A stretch of DNA of 64,000 bases. Origin: a virus (lineage: Duplodnaviria > Caudoviricetes). The position numbers and the translations under genes are program-made. The notes beneath the pieces were generated by a model. The model saw only the letters and a list, made by a program, of their open reading frames with translations, was not told the origin of the DNA and did no database searches. The DNA is taken from positions 96,001 to 160,000 of the IMG/VR virus record IMGVR_UViG_3300020112_000604. One strand, given 5' to 3'. Below are positions 1 to 7,251 of the stretch, one piece after another; position 1 is the stretch's first letter; every line of letters begins with the position of its first letter.

Positions 1-140
1 TTACTATATCCTTAGCATTGCCTTTTCCGTCAAATACTGTGATATTGAAATCCTTGTCTGTGATCATAGCACGCATGATTGCTGCGTTTGTCTTGTCTGA
101 AGCCTTGTTTGAGTTTGCTTCAGCGATTTCCTTAAGTACT

Positions 141-323
141 TCATTCATCGATTTTACTTCTGCCATTGTCATTTACCTCCTGAATTGTTTGTGATTGTTT
201 ACTTCTATCGAAAAGCTTTTTGACTTTTGATTTGCCATTAGCCTCGATAATCTTATTGAGTTCTTCGGCTGACATTGATGTCAGTTCTTTTAGAAAGGTT
301 TCCTGATTATACAATTCATTCAC
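141..323 (-). CDS. small hypothetical protein
   Basis: 60-aa ORF with a GAAGGTAGGT SD-like sequence and an AACT-N6-TAA motif upstream. Confidence 0.5.
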   Translation of the reverse strand: MNELYNQETFLKELTSMSAEELNKIIEANGKSKVKKLFDRSKQSQTIQEVNDNGRSKIDE

Positions 324-359
324 CTACCTTCTATTATTCAGTAGTTGAATGTACTGTAA

Positions 360-1322
360 TTATTTAAATCCCCATTCCTCACATATACGGGTAGTAGAGG
401 AAGGGTCGACTTCTTTATTTGACGTTGTATTGCTTGGGAGTTCCCAAGTATACTGGATAACGTCAGTTTTAACCTGGTCGATTATTGATTTTGGAATGTC
501 CGATACATCGCATATGTAACCGGCATCAATAAATGGATTCCATATTACAATACGTTTGACATTCTTATAGTGTTCAATACCTGACTGAAGACCCATTACA
601 TACTCTGTAAGAATATGAAGTGTGTCTTTAGAATTAGGCTTTGATTTGGATAAAGAGACTCTGACTAATGCATCATCGCATAATAAGTCAGGACGTCCGC
701 TTGTAATTGTTTCTGAATAAGCAAAGTCATTCAGATACGTTGGATAATTGATAACGTTTAAACGTTCTTTCTCGAAAAAGCCGATTGAACGCATAAGCAT
801 TACCTCTAGGTTTCCTATGTCTTTTAAATCAGCGTTATTATATCTTGATACAACATTCGCTGGTGATTGGTCTAACATCATCTCATATGCCGTGAATGAT
901 GCTAATAAACATATCTGGTCGTGAAAAGATGGTACAGGTGAAATTACTGATTCACATGTATTGTTTATAATCTTTGCGATACCAGATTTACGATTGTTGA
1001 AATACTTTATAGCACCATCCAGGCTCGGTGATGCATCCGGATGACGTTCTGTAATCTTAGTAAGTGTTTTAAGATCTTTGTCAATGCATTTAATGTATTT
1101 GTTTGCCCCGTCAATAGCTGGTGCTAAAACACCATATCGGTCAACAGGTTCTTTTGAACAAAAACAACGTAAGCAATAAACCATAAGCAGCCTCGAAAAC
1201 TGAGGCTGCTTGATAGCTGGTAAATTGCTCGAACAATTGGACACGGTTCTGAATAACGTGAGCGGAATAACCGCTTTCTTATTTGGTGACTTGTATTTGG
1301 CTACTCTCTGTGAAATTGTCAT
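360..1322 (-). CDS. PD-(D/E)xK-fold nuclease-like protein, probably inactive
   Basis: C-terminal SGRPDLLCDDALVRVSLSKSKPNSKDTLHIL..IVIWNP resembles a PD-(D/E)xK core, with RVS where D/E-x-K is expected; AAGGAG RBS. Confidence 0.4.
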   Translation of the reverse strand: MTISQRVAKYKSPNKKAVIPLTLFRTVSNCSSNLPAIKQPQFSRLLMVYCLRCFCSKEPVDRYGVLAPAIDGANKYIKCIDKDLKTLTKITERHPDASPSLDGAIKYFNNRKSGIAKIINNTCESVISPVPSFHDQICLLASFTAYEMMLDQSPANVVSRYNNADLKDIGNLEVMLMRSIGFFEKERLNVINYPTYLNDFAYSETITSGRPDLLCDDALVRVSLSKSKPNSKDTLHILTEYVMGLQSGIEHYKNVKRIVIWNPFIDAGYICDVSDIPKSIIDQVKTDVIQYTWELPSNTTSNKEVDPSSTTRICEEWGFK

Positions 1323-1335
1323 AAGCTTATCTCCT

Positions 1336-1707
1336 TTATAATTTCGCTACATATGCAACGAATTTTTCAGGTTTGACTTCTACACAGTATTCGTCAACAC
1401 CTTTACATGAGCCTCTTAAATTAAGCTGAGCCGTTGATAGATCAAGTGCGCATTTCCACGCATACTTGGTTTTTGTTTCTTCTGACACAAGCATGTCTCC
1501 GTATCCTAAGAATCTAACCGCTTTAAACGATTTTCCGTTCTCGAGGACAACGTTGTACTTAATAGCATCATCATCTTCGTCATAATATGCTTCAATCGAA
1601 TGAAGCTTTAATAACGATGATACGCGGTTTGACTTTGGTGCATGCTTATCGACGTTATGTCTGTCGATTGTGTGGTAATGTGCAGCACCTGTTACAAATC
1701 GTTCCAT
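1336..1707 (-). CDS. hypothetical protein, paralog of 1725..2099
   Basis: Shares YHxIxxHNVD and FLGYG with its neighbour; AAGGAG RBS. Confidence 0.75.
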   Translation of the reverse strand: MERFVTGAAHYHTIDRHNVDKHAPKSNRVSSLLKLHSIEAYYDEDDDAIKYNVVLENGKSFKAVRFLGYGDMLVSEETKTKYAWKCALDLSTAQLNLRGSCKGVDEYCVEVKPEKFVAYVAKL

Positions 1708-1724
1708 ACATAATTACTCCTTTC

Positions 1725-2099
1725 TCATAAGAATGTAATATGAACAGTTTTGGTTTTAGGGTATATCTCAATGATACGTTCGTCACCATCGTTCGATAAT
1801 GCCGAAATGTTATCACGACGAACATTTAAAACTCTCAACAGTTCTTTAAATGTTCCAGTATGGGTTGTAGTCAATACACCTCCATATCCTAAAAACTTCT
1901 GACAATTTAGCACAACTCCTGTATCCAGTCGTACTAAAATTACTCGGTCTCTATTACAACGGTATTCGTTGATGGAGACCACTTTACATACAGGTCTTCC
2001 TTTTTCTCTTTTAAAGGAATTCCTATCGACATTGTGTTGATTGATCTCGTGATATTGACCTGGATCAATATTATATTTACTTCCTTTACGTCTTCCCAT
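1725..2099 (-). CDS. hypothetical protein, paralog of 1336..1707; early gene
   Basis: Shared motifs YHEINQHNVD and FLGYG; early promoter motif at 2148-2155. Confidence 0.75.
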   Translation of the reverse strand: MGRRKGSKYNIDPGQYHEINQHNVDRNSFKREKGRPVCKVVSINEYRCNRDRVILVRLDTGVVLNCQKFLGYGGVLTTTHTGTFKELLRVLNVRRDNISALSNDGDERIIEIYPKTKTVHITFL

Positions 2100-2147
2100 T
2101 GGTTTTCATCCTTTCTATAGATATGAATTGGATTGCTTTCTACATAT

Positions 2148-2155
2148 ATAATATA
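2148..2155 (-). promoter_or_regulatory. early (virion RNAP-type) promoter TATATTAT
   Basis: TTGACTTATATATTATA on the minus strand; the motif recurs upstream of 8 transcription units. Confidence 0.65.
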
Positions 2156-2181
2156 TAAGTCAAAATTCGACAAAAAAAAAT

Positions 2182-2208
2182 AATGGAGAGGTATGTAACC
2201 TCTCCATT
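2182..2208. terminator. intrinsic terminator hairpin
   Basis: AATGGAGAGG-loop-CCTCTCCATT followed by a long T-run on the minus strand, downstream of the dockerin gene. Confidence 0.7.
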
Positions 2209-2238
2209 ATATCCGTGTTAGCGTTTTAGTTTGCGCGA

Positions 2239-3066
2239 TTAAAGACTCATTAAATCAAGAGCTTTCCAGTATGCAGCTGCATCCGGAACTCTGCCGTATG
2301 ATTCGGTCTTATCGTATGATAACTGCGCACCGATTAAGAGATAGTCGTTTCTCAGTGTAGGCTGATATACAGAGGCTGTTACAAGAATCTGTTTTCCATC
2401 CTTGTAAATATTCTGGACTTTGTAATCGAAGCCGACACCGAAGTTTTCGGCGCCACCGTCATAATGAACTACTGTGGAGAGTATGGATACTTCACCATAG
2501 TCATCAGACGTTGCTGTAGCATACTTGTAATCGATGTCTGTGATTGAACATGACGTTGTCATAGGGATATACGCAATGTCACGTTCATCGTAGTTATCCT
2601 CGGTCATTTCATCATGAAATGCCGAGTCGCCATTGAGGTATAAGTAGTTGCCTTTTCTTATACCTTCGAATCTCCAGAATTCACCGGAGCCTTCCTGATA
2701 GATGTATCCGTCTTTTTCGACTATATCTGTATGACTTACTAAGGCTGTGAATTTGTCACACTCCTTTATGTCATAAATCGGGTACTGTGAACGTACCTTG
2801 CTTATAACCTGTCTGAGTGTTGCGAGGTCTGCAAGATTGACTTCGTCATCTCCGTCCATATCGGCTGTGGCTGCATCGATTTTGCTGAAATTGCTATCAA
2901 CGAGTGCGACAGATAATGTGGAAAGATCCGTGATGTCTACCTTACCGTCGCAGTTGACGTCGCCGGTCGAATAATATACGGCGTCCGTCTGTGCTGCTGA
3001 AACGGATGGAATTGCCATTGATACCCCCATTACGATTGCCATTGCTACTGTGATGATTCTTTTCAT
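2239..3066 (-). CDS. secreted dockerin-domain protein
   Basis: Likely start MKRIIT at 3066 (AGGAGG RBS); signal peptide ending VSA/A; paired Ca-binding repeats GDVNCDGKVDITDLSTL and ADMDGDDEVNLADLATLRQ; unknown C-terminal domain. Confidence 0.85.
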   Translation of the reverse strand: MKRIITVAMAIVMGVSMAIPSVSAAQTDAVYYSTGDVNCDGKVDITDLSTLSVALVDSNFSKIDAATADMDGDDEVNLADLATLRQVISKVRSQYPIYDIKECDKFTALVSHTDIVEKDGYIYQEGSGEFWRFEGIRKGNYLYLNGDSAFHDEMTEDNYDERDIAYIPMTTSCSITDIDYKYATATSDDYGEVSILSTVVHYDGGAENFGVGFDYKVQNIYKDGKQILVTASVYQPTLRNDYLLIGAQLSYDKTESYGRVPDAAAYWKALDLMSL

Positions 3067-3137
3067 TTTTGATTTCCTCCTGAAAAATAATATACGGGTA
3101 GACATAGTCTACCCGTGTTTGACGTATTGAAGAGTGT

Positions 3138-3200
3138 TCATCTTCTTGGTCCTGTTGATGTGTCAGCGATAACGCCGATTACCCATAAGATAAAATCCAT
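3138..3200 (-). CDS. 20-aa hydrophobic peptide MDFILWVIGVIADTSTGPRR
   Basis: AAGGAGG RBS 9 nt before the ATG; lies between the two dockerin genes. Confidence 0.4.
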   Translation of the reverse strand: MDFILWVIGVIADTSTGPRR

Positions 3201-3314
3201 GGTGTAATACCTCCTTTTGAATTACACTTACGTGATTACTATCTTTGTTCCAAGAAGACTAAATAATAACAAGTAGGGAGGAGACATTATAGCCTCCTCC
3301 CTTCGATTGTTATC

Positions 3315-4526
3315 TTATCTTACGAACATTGTGTCATCGAACCATGCATCAGATTCAATAATTAAATCAAATACTTCAGCATCTTCGACCTGTAAAATCT
3401 CAGAGTTAAATGAGAACCATCTGTTCTGAGAAGTTACAGTAATTACTTCTTCACCGGTGCAGATTACTGTTGCTGCTCTAACACCGATGAGTTCGAATTC
3501 TTTGCCGTTAAACATGTAGAGTCTTACGGACTTCATACCTGTCTTACCGGCTGTTGACGGGTTGTCAGACGCTCTTGTATCAGCAACCCACATACCTACG
3601 ATATTTCTTTCGGCATCATAGATATATTCAGCGGACTGTTTCCATGTAAGCTTTGTTGTGCCAGGAATGAATGCGATGTTACCAGCATAGTTTGTTGAAA
3701 GCTGGTCCCATGAGAATACAACGGTCTTAGCATCCTGAATTCTTGATGTATTCTTGATGCTATTGACAAAGTCGTTATGCATAATATCCATGTTCTGGAT
3801 ATTATCCGTCAGGTTTCTGTTACCCTCTGTATTCATTGCTGGAGTAACAGTGAATGATTCAGCTGAGCCAGAAGCTGCGATAGCTTTGATTGTTGTATCC
3901 ATATCGTTTCTGAAATCTTTAGATGCAGCTTTCTGTCCGAATGATACGCCCGTAACTTCAGGTTCTGTTGTTGTGACTGCAGTTGTTGTTACAGGTACTA
4001 CTTCTGTTGTAGTAACAGCTGTAGTTGTTGTAGATTCTGTTGTTGTTACAGCTGTAGTTGTTGTAGCTTCTGTTGTAGTTGTAACTGTTGTTGTTATAGC
4101 CGGTGTTGTTACTGCAGGTGTTGTAACGGCTGCTGGATTACCATAGCTATCCTTGATATCCTGAGCAGTTATCTGATGGCAGATAAACTGTCTCAGTATA
4201 GCCAGGTCAACTAATGATATAACACCATCGGAATTCAGATTTCCTACACCGTCTCTTGTGTAGATTTTGAATTCATTAATTGTCGTTTCTTCACCTATAA
4301 GATAGAGTGAGAGATAAGACAGGTCTGTTATGTCAACCACATTGTTTCGGTCGATGTCACCGATAAGCGTCATGAACGTATCGTCAGGCAAATCTGTCAT
4401 GCCTTTCGACATGTTCCACCGACATGTTGCATAATTGAATTCTGCTGCCGCTGGTCTGATGCCTGTTGTTGTTAATGCAGCTATTGCTGCTAATGTAACG
4501 ATTGCTGATGTAAATATTTTTTTCAT
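3315..4526 (-). CDS. secreted dockerin-domain protein with Thr-rich linker
   Basis: Signal peptide ending PAAA; repeats GDIDRNNVVDITDLSYLSLYL and GNLNSDGVISLVDLAILRQF; long TTT(A/E)V linker; AGGAGG RBS. Confidence 0.85.
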   Translation of the reverse strand: MKKIFTSAIVTLAAIAALTTTGIRPAAAEFNYATCRWNMSKGMTDLPDDTFMTLIGDIDRNNVVDITDLSYLSLYLIGEETTINEFKIYTRDGVGNLNSDGVISLVDLAILRQFICHQITAQDIKDSYGNPAAVTTPAVTTPAITTTVTTTTEATTTTAVTTTESTTTTAVTTTEVVPVTTTAVTTTEPEVTGVSFGQKAASKDFRNDMDTTIKAIAASGSAESFTVTPAMNTEGNRNLTDNIQNMDIMHNDFVNSIKNTSRIQDAKTVVFSWDQLSTNYAGNIAFIPGTTKLTWKQSAEYIYDAERNIVGMWVADTRASDNPSTAGKTGMKSVRLYMFNGKEFELIGVRAATVICTGEEVITVTSQNRWFSFNSEILQVEDAEVFDLIIESDAWFDDTMFVR

Positions 4527-4584
4527 AGTAATTTCCTCCTTAAATTTACGGTTAGTATTTATTATTGATTGATTCGAGCTGGGA

Positions 4585-4773
4585 TTATTCCCAGCCCATA
4601 GACTTCATCCATCGGTGACAATCATAGATGGAGCCGGATGAGAACCAGATTTTACCTTCTGGCGTAGGTATTTCATTAGCGATCTTATCATTTTCAACCT
4701 TGTAATACTTGCCTGAGCAAGTCATGCGGAAAACTATAAATGCTTCTGTTTTACTTGTGTGAATTTCGTACAT
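4585..4773 (-). CDS. small early hypothetical protein
   Basis: AAGGAGG RBS; first gene after the early promoter and structured leader. Confidence 0.7.
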   Translation of the reverse strand: MYEIHTSKTEAFIVFRMTCSGKYYKVENDKIANEIPTPEGKIWFSSGSIYDCHRWMKSMGWE

Positions 4774-4799
4774 GGTTAAGTTCCTCCTTTGAACTATAA

Positions 4800-4874
4800 A
4801 TGCCCTGCATCATAGGCGTTTTTGTATTAGATAAGGTGATGCATATTGTTCCTTATCACTATAATAATATACAA
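4800..4874 (-). promoter_or_regulatory. early promoter plus conserved structured 5' leader, copy 1
   Basis: TGTATATTATTATAGTGATAAGGAACAATATGCATCACCTTATCTAATA..CGCCTATGATGCAGGGCAT, near-identical to 24420..24495. Confidence 0.8.
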
Positions 4875-4905
4875 TTGAATATGGTGAGTTTCTCGGGTAT
4901 AGCTG

Positions 4906-4918
4906 AACATCATTATAA
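4906..4918 (+). promoter_or_regulatory. late (non-virion RNAP-type) promoter AACA-N6-TAA
   Basis: AACATCATTATAA upstream of the prohead protease; the same spacing occurs at more than 12 sites. Confidence 0.7.
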
Positions 4919-4947
4919 ATGCACTTAAATAAAGGAGGTATTGCTAT

Positions 4948-5784
4948 ATGAATCCAAAATCGGTCGGTTATATTCTCACTGAGAATACCGTTAATTCTGA
5001 AACGCAGATTATTGGAGATGATAAAAATGGCCGTTTATTTGCTGAAGGCATTATGCAGGATCTCGATGTTGTAAATCGTAACCAGCGTATATATGCTCCA
5101 GAAGATATGGACCCGGATCTTAACTCTCCAAGAATTCAGCAGGAACTTATTCCTACTGGCAATATGAAAGGTGAAGCAAACCATCCTCTTGATAAATCCT
5201 TAGCACGTCAGCAGGTTGTAGATCTCGAGAGATCAGCAGTAGTATATCACAAGTTATGGCGTGAAGGAAATCTTATCAAGGGTCAGTTCTGCGGAACCAA
5301 TAACAACTTTGGTGATTATTTCAACAAAGATCTTGCTTCCGGATATAAGCCATCATTCTCACTTAGAGCACTTGGTTCTATCGAGAATATCGGCGGTAAG
5401 GCTTATGTAAAGAATATCCGTATCATTACCTATGACTGGGTTATTCTTCCATCACATAAGGTTGCTTACACACAGAAGCTTATTGATAAGCCGGATACTA
5501 TGGTCGGAAACATTGTGTCAACAATGCCTGATTCAATGCGTGAAGGTGCATCTCTTCTTACTGAATCAACTATTCCGATTCTTACATCACAGATTCTTGA
5601 CTTCGTTAAGACTGAATCTGCGGATATCAAATCCGTACTCGAAAACTTTGATCTTTCATATGCTTCAGCACAGCTCATCAATGAGGGTGCTTCGGTAGCT
5701 ATGACAGACTCACTTGGTACTACATTCGTAGTAAACATCGAAGACCACATTAAGCGTCAGTTCATGGACTCATTCGTAGACTAA
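4948..5784 (+). CDS. prohead core protease (T4 gp21-like)
   Basis: Motifs NRNQRIY, GEANHP, FSLRALGS and TYDWVILPSH are typical of gp21-family proteases. Confidence 0.9.
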   Translation: MNPKSVGYILTENTVNSETQIIGDDKNGRLFAEGIMQDLDVVNRNQRIYAPEDMDPDLNSPRIQQELIPTGNMKGEANHPLDKSLARQQVVDLERSAVVYHKLWREGNLIKGQFCGTNNNFGDYFNKDLASGYKPSFSLRALGSIENIGGKAYVKNIRIITYDWVILPSHKVAYTQKLIDKPDTMVGNIVSTMPDSMREGASLLTESTIPILTSQILDFVKTESADIKSVLENFDLSYASAQLINEGASVAMTDSLGTTFVVNIEDHIKRQFMDSFVD

Positions 5785-5795
5785 AAAAAAAATAA

Positions 5796-5821
5796 AGTGG
5801 GGACCAATGCGTGTCCCCACT
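5796..5821. terminator. bidirectional terminator
   Basis: AGTGGGGAC-loop-GTCCCCACT between convergent genes, flanked by A/T runs. Confidence 0.75.
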
Positions 5822-5826
5822 TTACT

Positions 5827-6381
5827 TTAAAACGGTCTGATAATGTCATGTCCGACAGCATTTCTTACGTCGACGTTGTTAAACACGGTGTTAACCATAT
5901 CCAAGAACTTCAAGTCATAATCACCCACAGCCGGTGCAATTATAGAATAGAATCTATCCAGGAAGTGCAGCGTGTTCAGCTTAACACGAGTTTCAATTGT
6001 CATCGCGTAAGCCTTATCAGTCGCATACTTGGTTGGATCGGTTTCCAGGATAAGATGGTGCAGTTCATGAACAACGTCATCTATCATGGTTGTTATTAAT
6101 AGCTTCATATGACCTGCCGGATTAGCATCTATTTCGGCTACATATCTGGCTAAGTCTTGAGTAAACGTATAAGAGCGTTTACCGGTATTCTGTGTTATAG
6201 ACCGTTGCCTGAGCAATGTGTACGAATAATTAACACGTTCGTCATTCATAATGAACAGCCTATGGTTAAGATTTCTCTTATAAAAAGATTCAATAAGCGG
6301 TTCAACTACCTGATGCATTTGTGTGTAAATCAATCGGCACTGCTCTGTGCTTAAATCACGGTCTAAGTGGTATAAATTCAT
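5827..6381 (-). CDS. HExxH zinc-metallopeptidase-like early protein
   Basis: Likely start MNLYH at 6381 (AAAGGAG RBS, early promoter at 6406-6413); VVHELHH motif. Confidence 0.55.
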   Translation of the reverse strand: MNLYHLDRDLSTEQCRLIYTQMHQVVEPLIESFYKRNLNHRLFIMNDERVNYSYTLLRQRSITQNTGKRSYTFTQDLARYVAEIDANPAGHMKLLITTMIDDVVHELHHLILETDPTKYATDKAYAMTIETRVKLNTLHFLDRFYSIIAPAVGDYDLKFLDMVNTVFNNVDVRNAVGHDIIRPF

Positions 6382-6442
6382 TTGACCACTCCTTTCTACA
6401 CTATAATAATATATAAACCAAATAACGATTGGAGGTTTTAAT

Positions 6443-7213
6443 ATGAATGAGATGACTAGACTCCTCAACAAGATCGAACGTCGTCTTGGTTTCAAAGCAA
6501 TTAAGCTTCCTGAAGCTATCTCTAAAGATACTTGGTGTGATGAAATCATTGCCGAAGATACAATCCCGACGTTTTCAAGATTCTTCCCTCATTGTCATAC
6601 CATATTCTTAGGAAAGTATACACCTAGGGATAAGTTCGGATATTATCTTATATCTGAAGAGATGGTTGATGGAGCTAAGATACTCGGATTCAAAGATATT
6701 GACTGGCAGAGATTCTCGCAGCCTACATTATCAGGTGCCGCATATGCTTCACTTGGAATCTACGATGAAATCAACTCAATGTCTGATTACACATTCGAAG
6801 ATGTCGGATTAACTCAGTGTACACTTGACCTTAACTCTGTATTCAATACTCAGATTGTACCGGACTTTCAGCAGCCTAACAGAGTTAGATTCATGATGTC
6901 CGGGCAGAGAATCTATGAGATTCCATACGAGCACGTTCCTGTAGAGATACTCGTTGAGCACCCTCTTAACCTTATGACAATTCCACCGACAATGATGGAA
7001 ACGTTTGAAGAACTCGCAATTGCGGATGTCGCTGCAGGTTGTTATGAATATCTCAAGTATTTCGATGGACTTGAAACTGTATTCACAAGCGTTGACCTTA
7101 AGATGGACGACTTACGTCAGAAAGCAGATAAGCGTGATGAAATCATCAACACACTTAAAGAAAGCTACATTTCTCCATCAAACAAGAATCAGCCAATCAT
7201 AATGACGATATAA
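6443..7213 (+). CDS. putative neck/head-completion structural protein
   Basis: GGAGG RBS; N-terminal KIERRLG resembles T4 gp13-like neck proteins; near the prohead protease. Confidence 0.45.
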   Translation: MNEMTRLLNKIERRLGFKAIKLPEAISKDTWCDEIIAEDTIPTFSRFFPHCHTIFLGKYTPRDKFGYYLISEEMVDGAKILGFKDIDWQRFSQPTLSGAAYASLGIYDEINSMSDYTFEDVGLTQCTLDLNSVFNTQIVPDFQQPNRVRFMMSGQRIYEIPYEHVPVEILVEHPLNLMTIPPTMMETFEELAIADVAAGCYEYLKYFDGLETVFTSVDLKMDDLRQKADKRDEIINTLKESYISPSNKNQPIIMTI

Positions 7214-7217
7214 AAAA

Positions 7218-7245
7218 CTCCCGTAGGATTATGTCCTACGGGAGA
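7218..7245. terminator. bidirectional terminator of the GTAG/CTAC family
   Basis: CTCCCGTAGGA-TTATG-TCCTACGGGAG between convergent genes. Confidence 0.8.
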
Positions 7246-7251
7246 TTTATT

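Noticed and set aside
3754-4146. Val-rich + strand ORF and apparent tandem repeat
   Set aside because: It is the antisense shadow of the Thr-rich linker codons in the dockerin gene.
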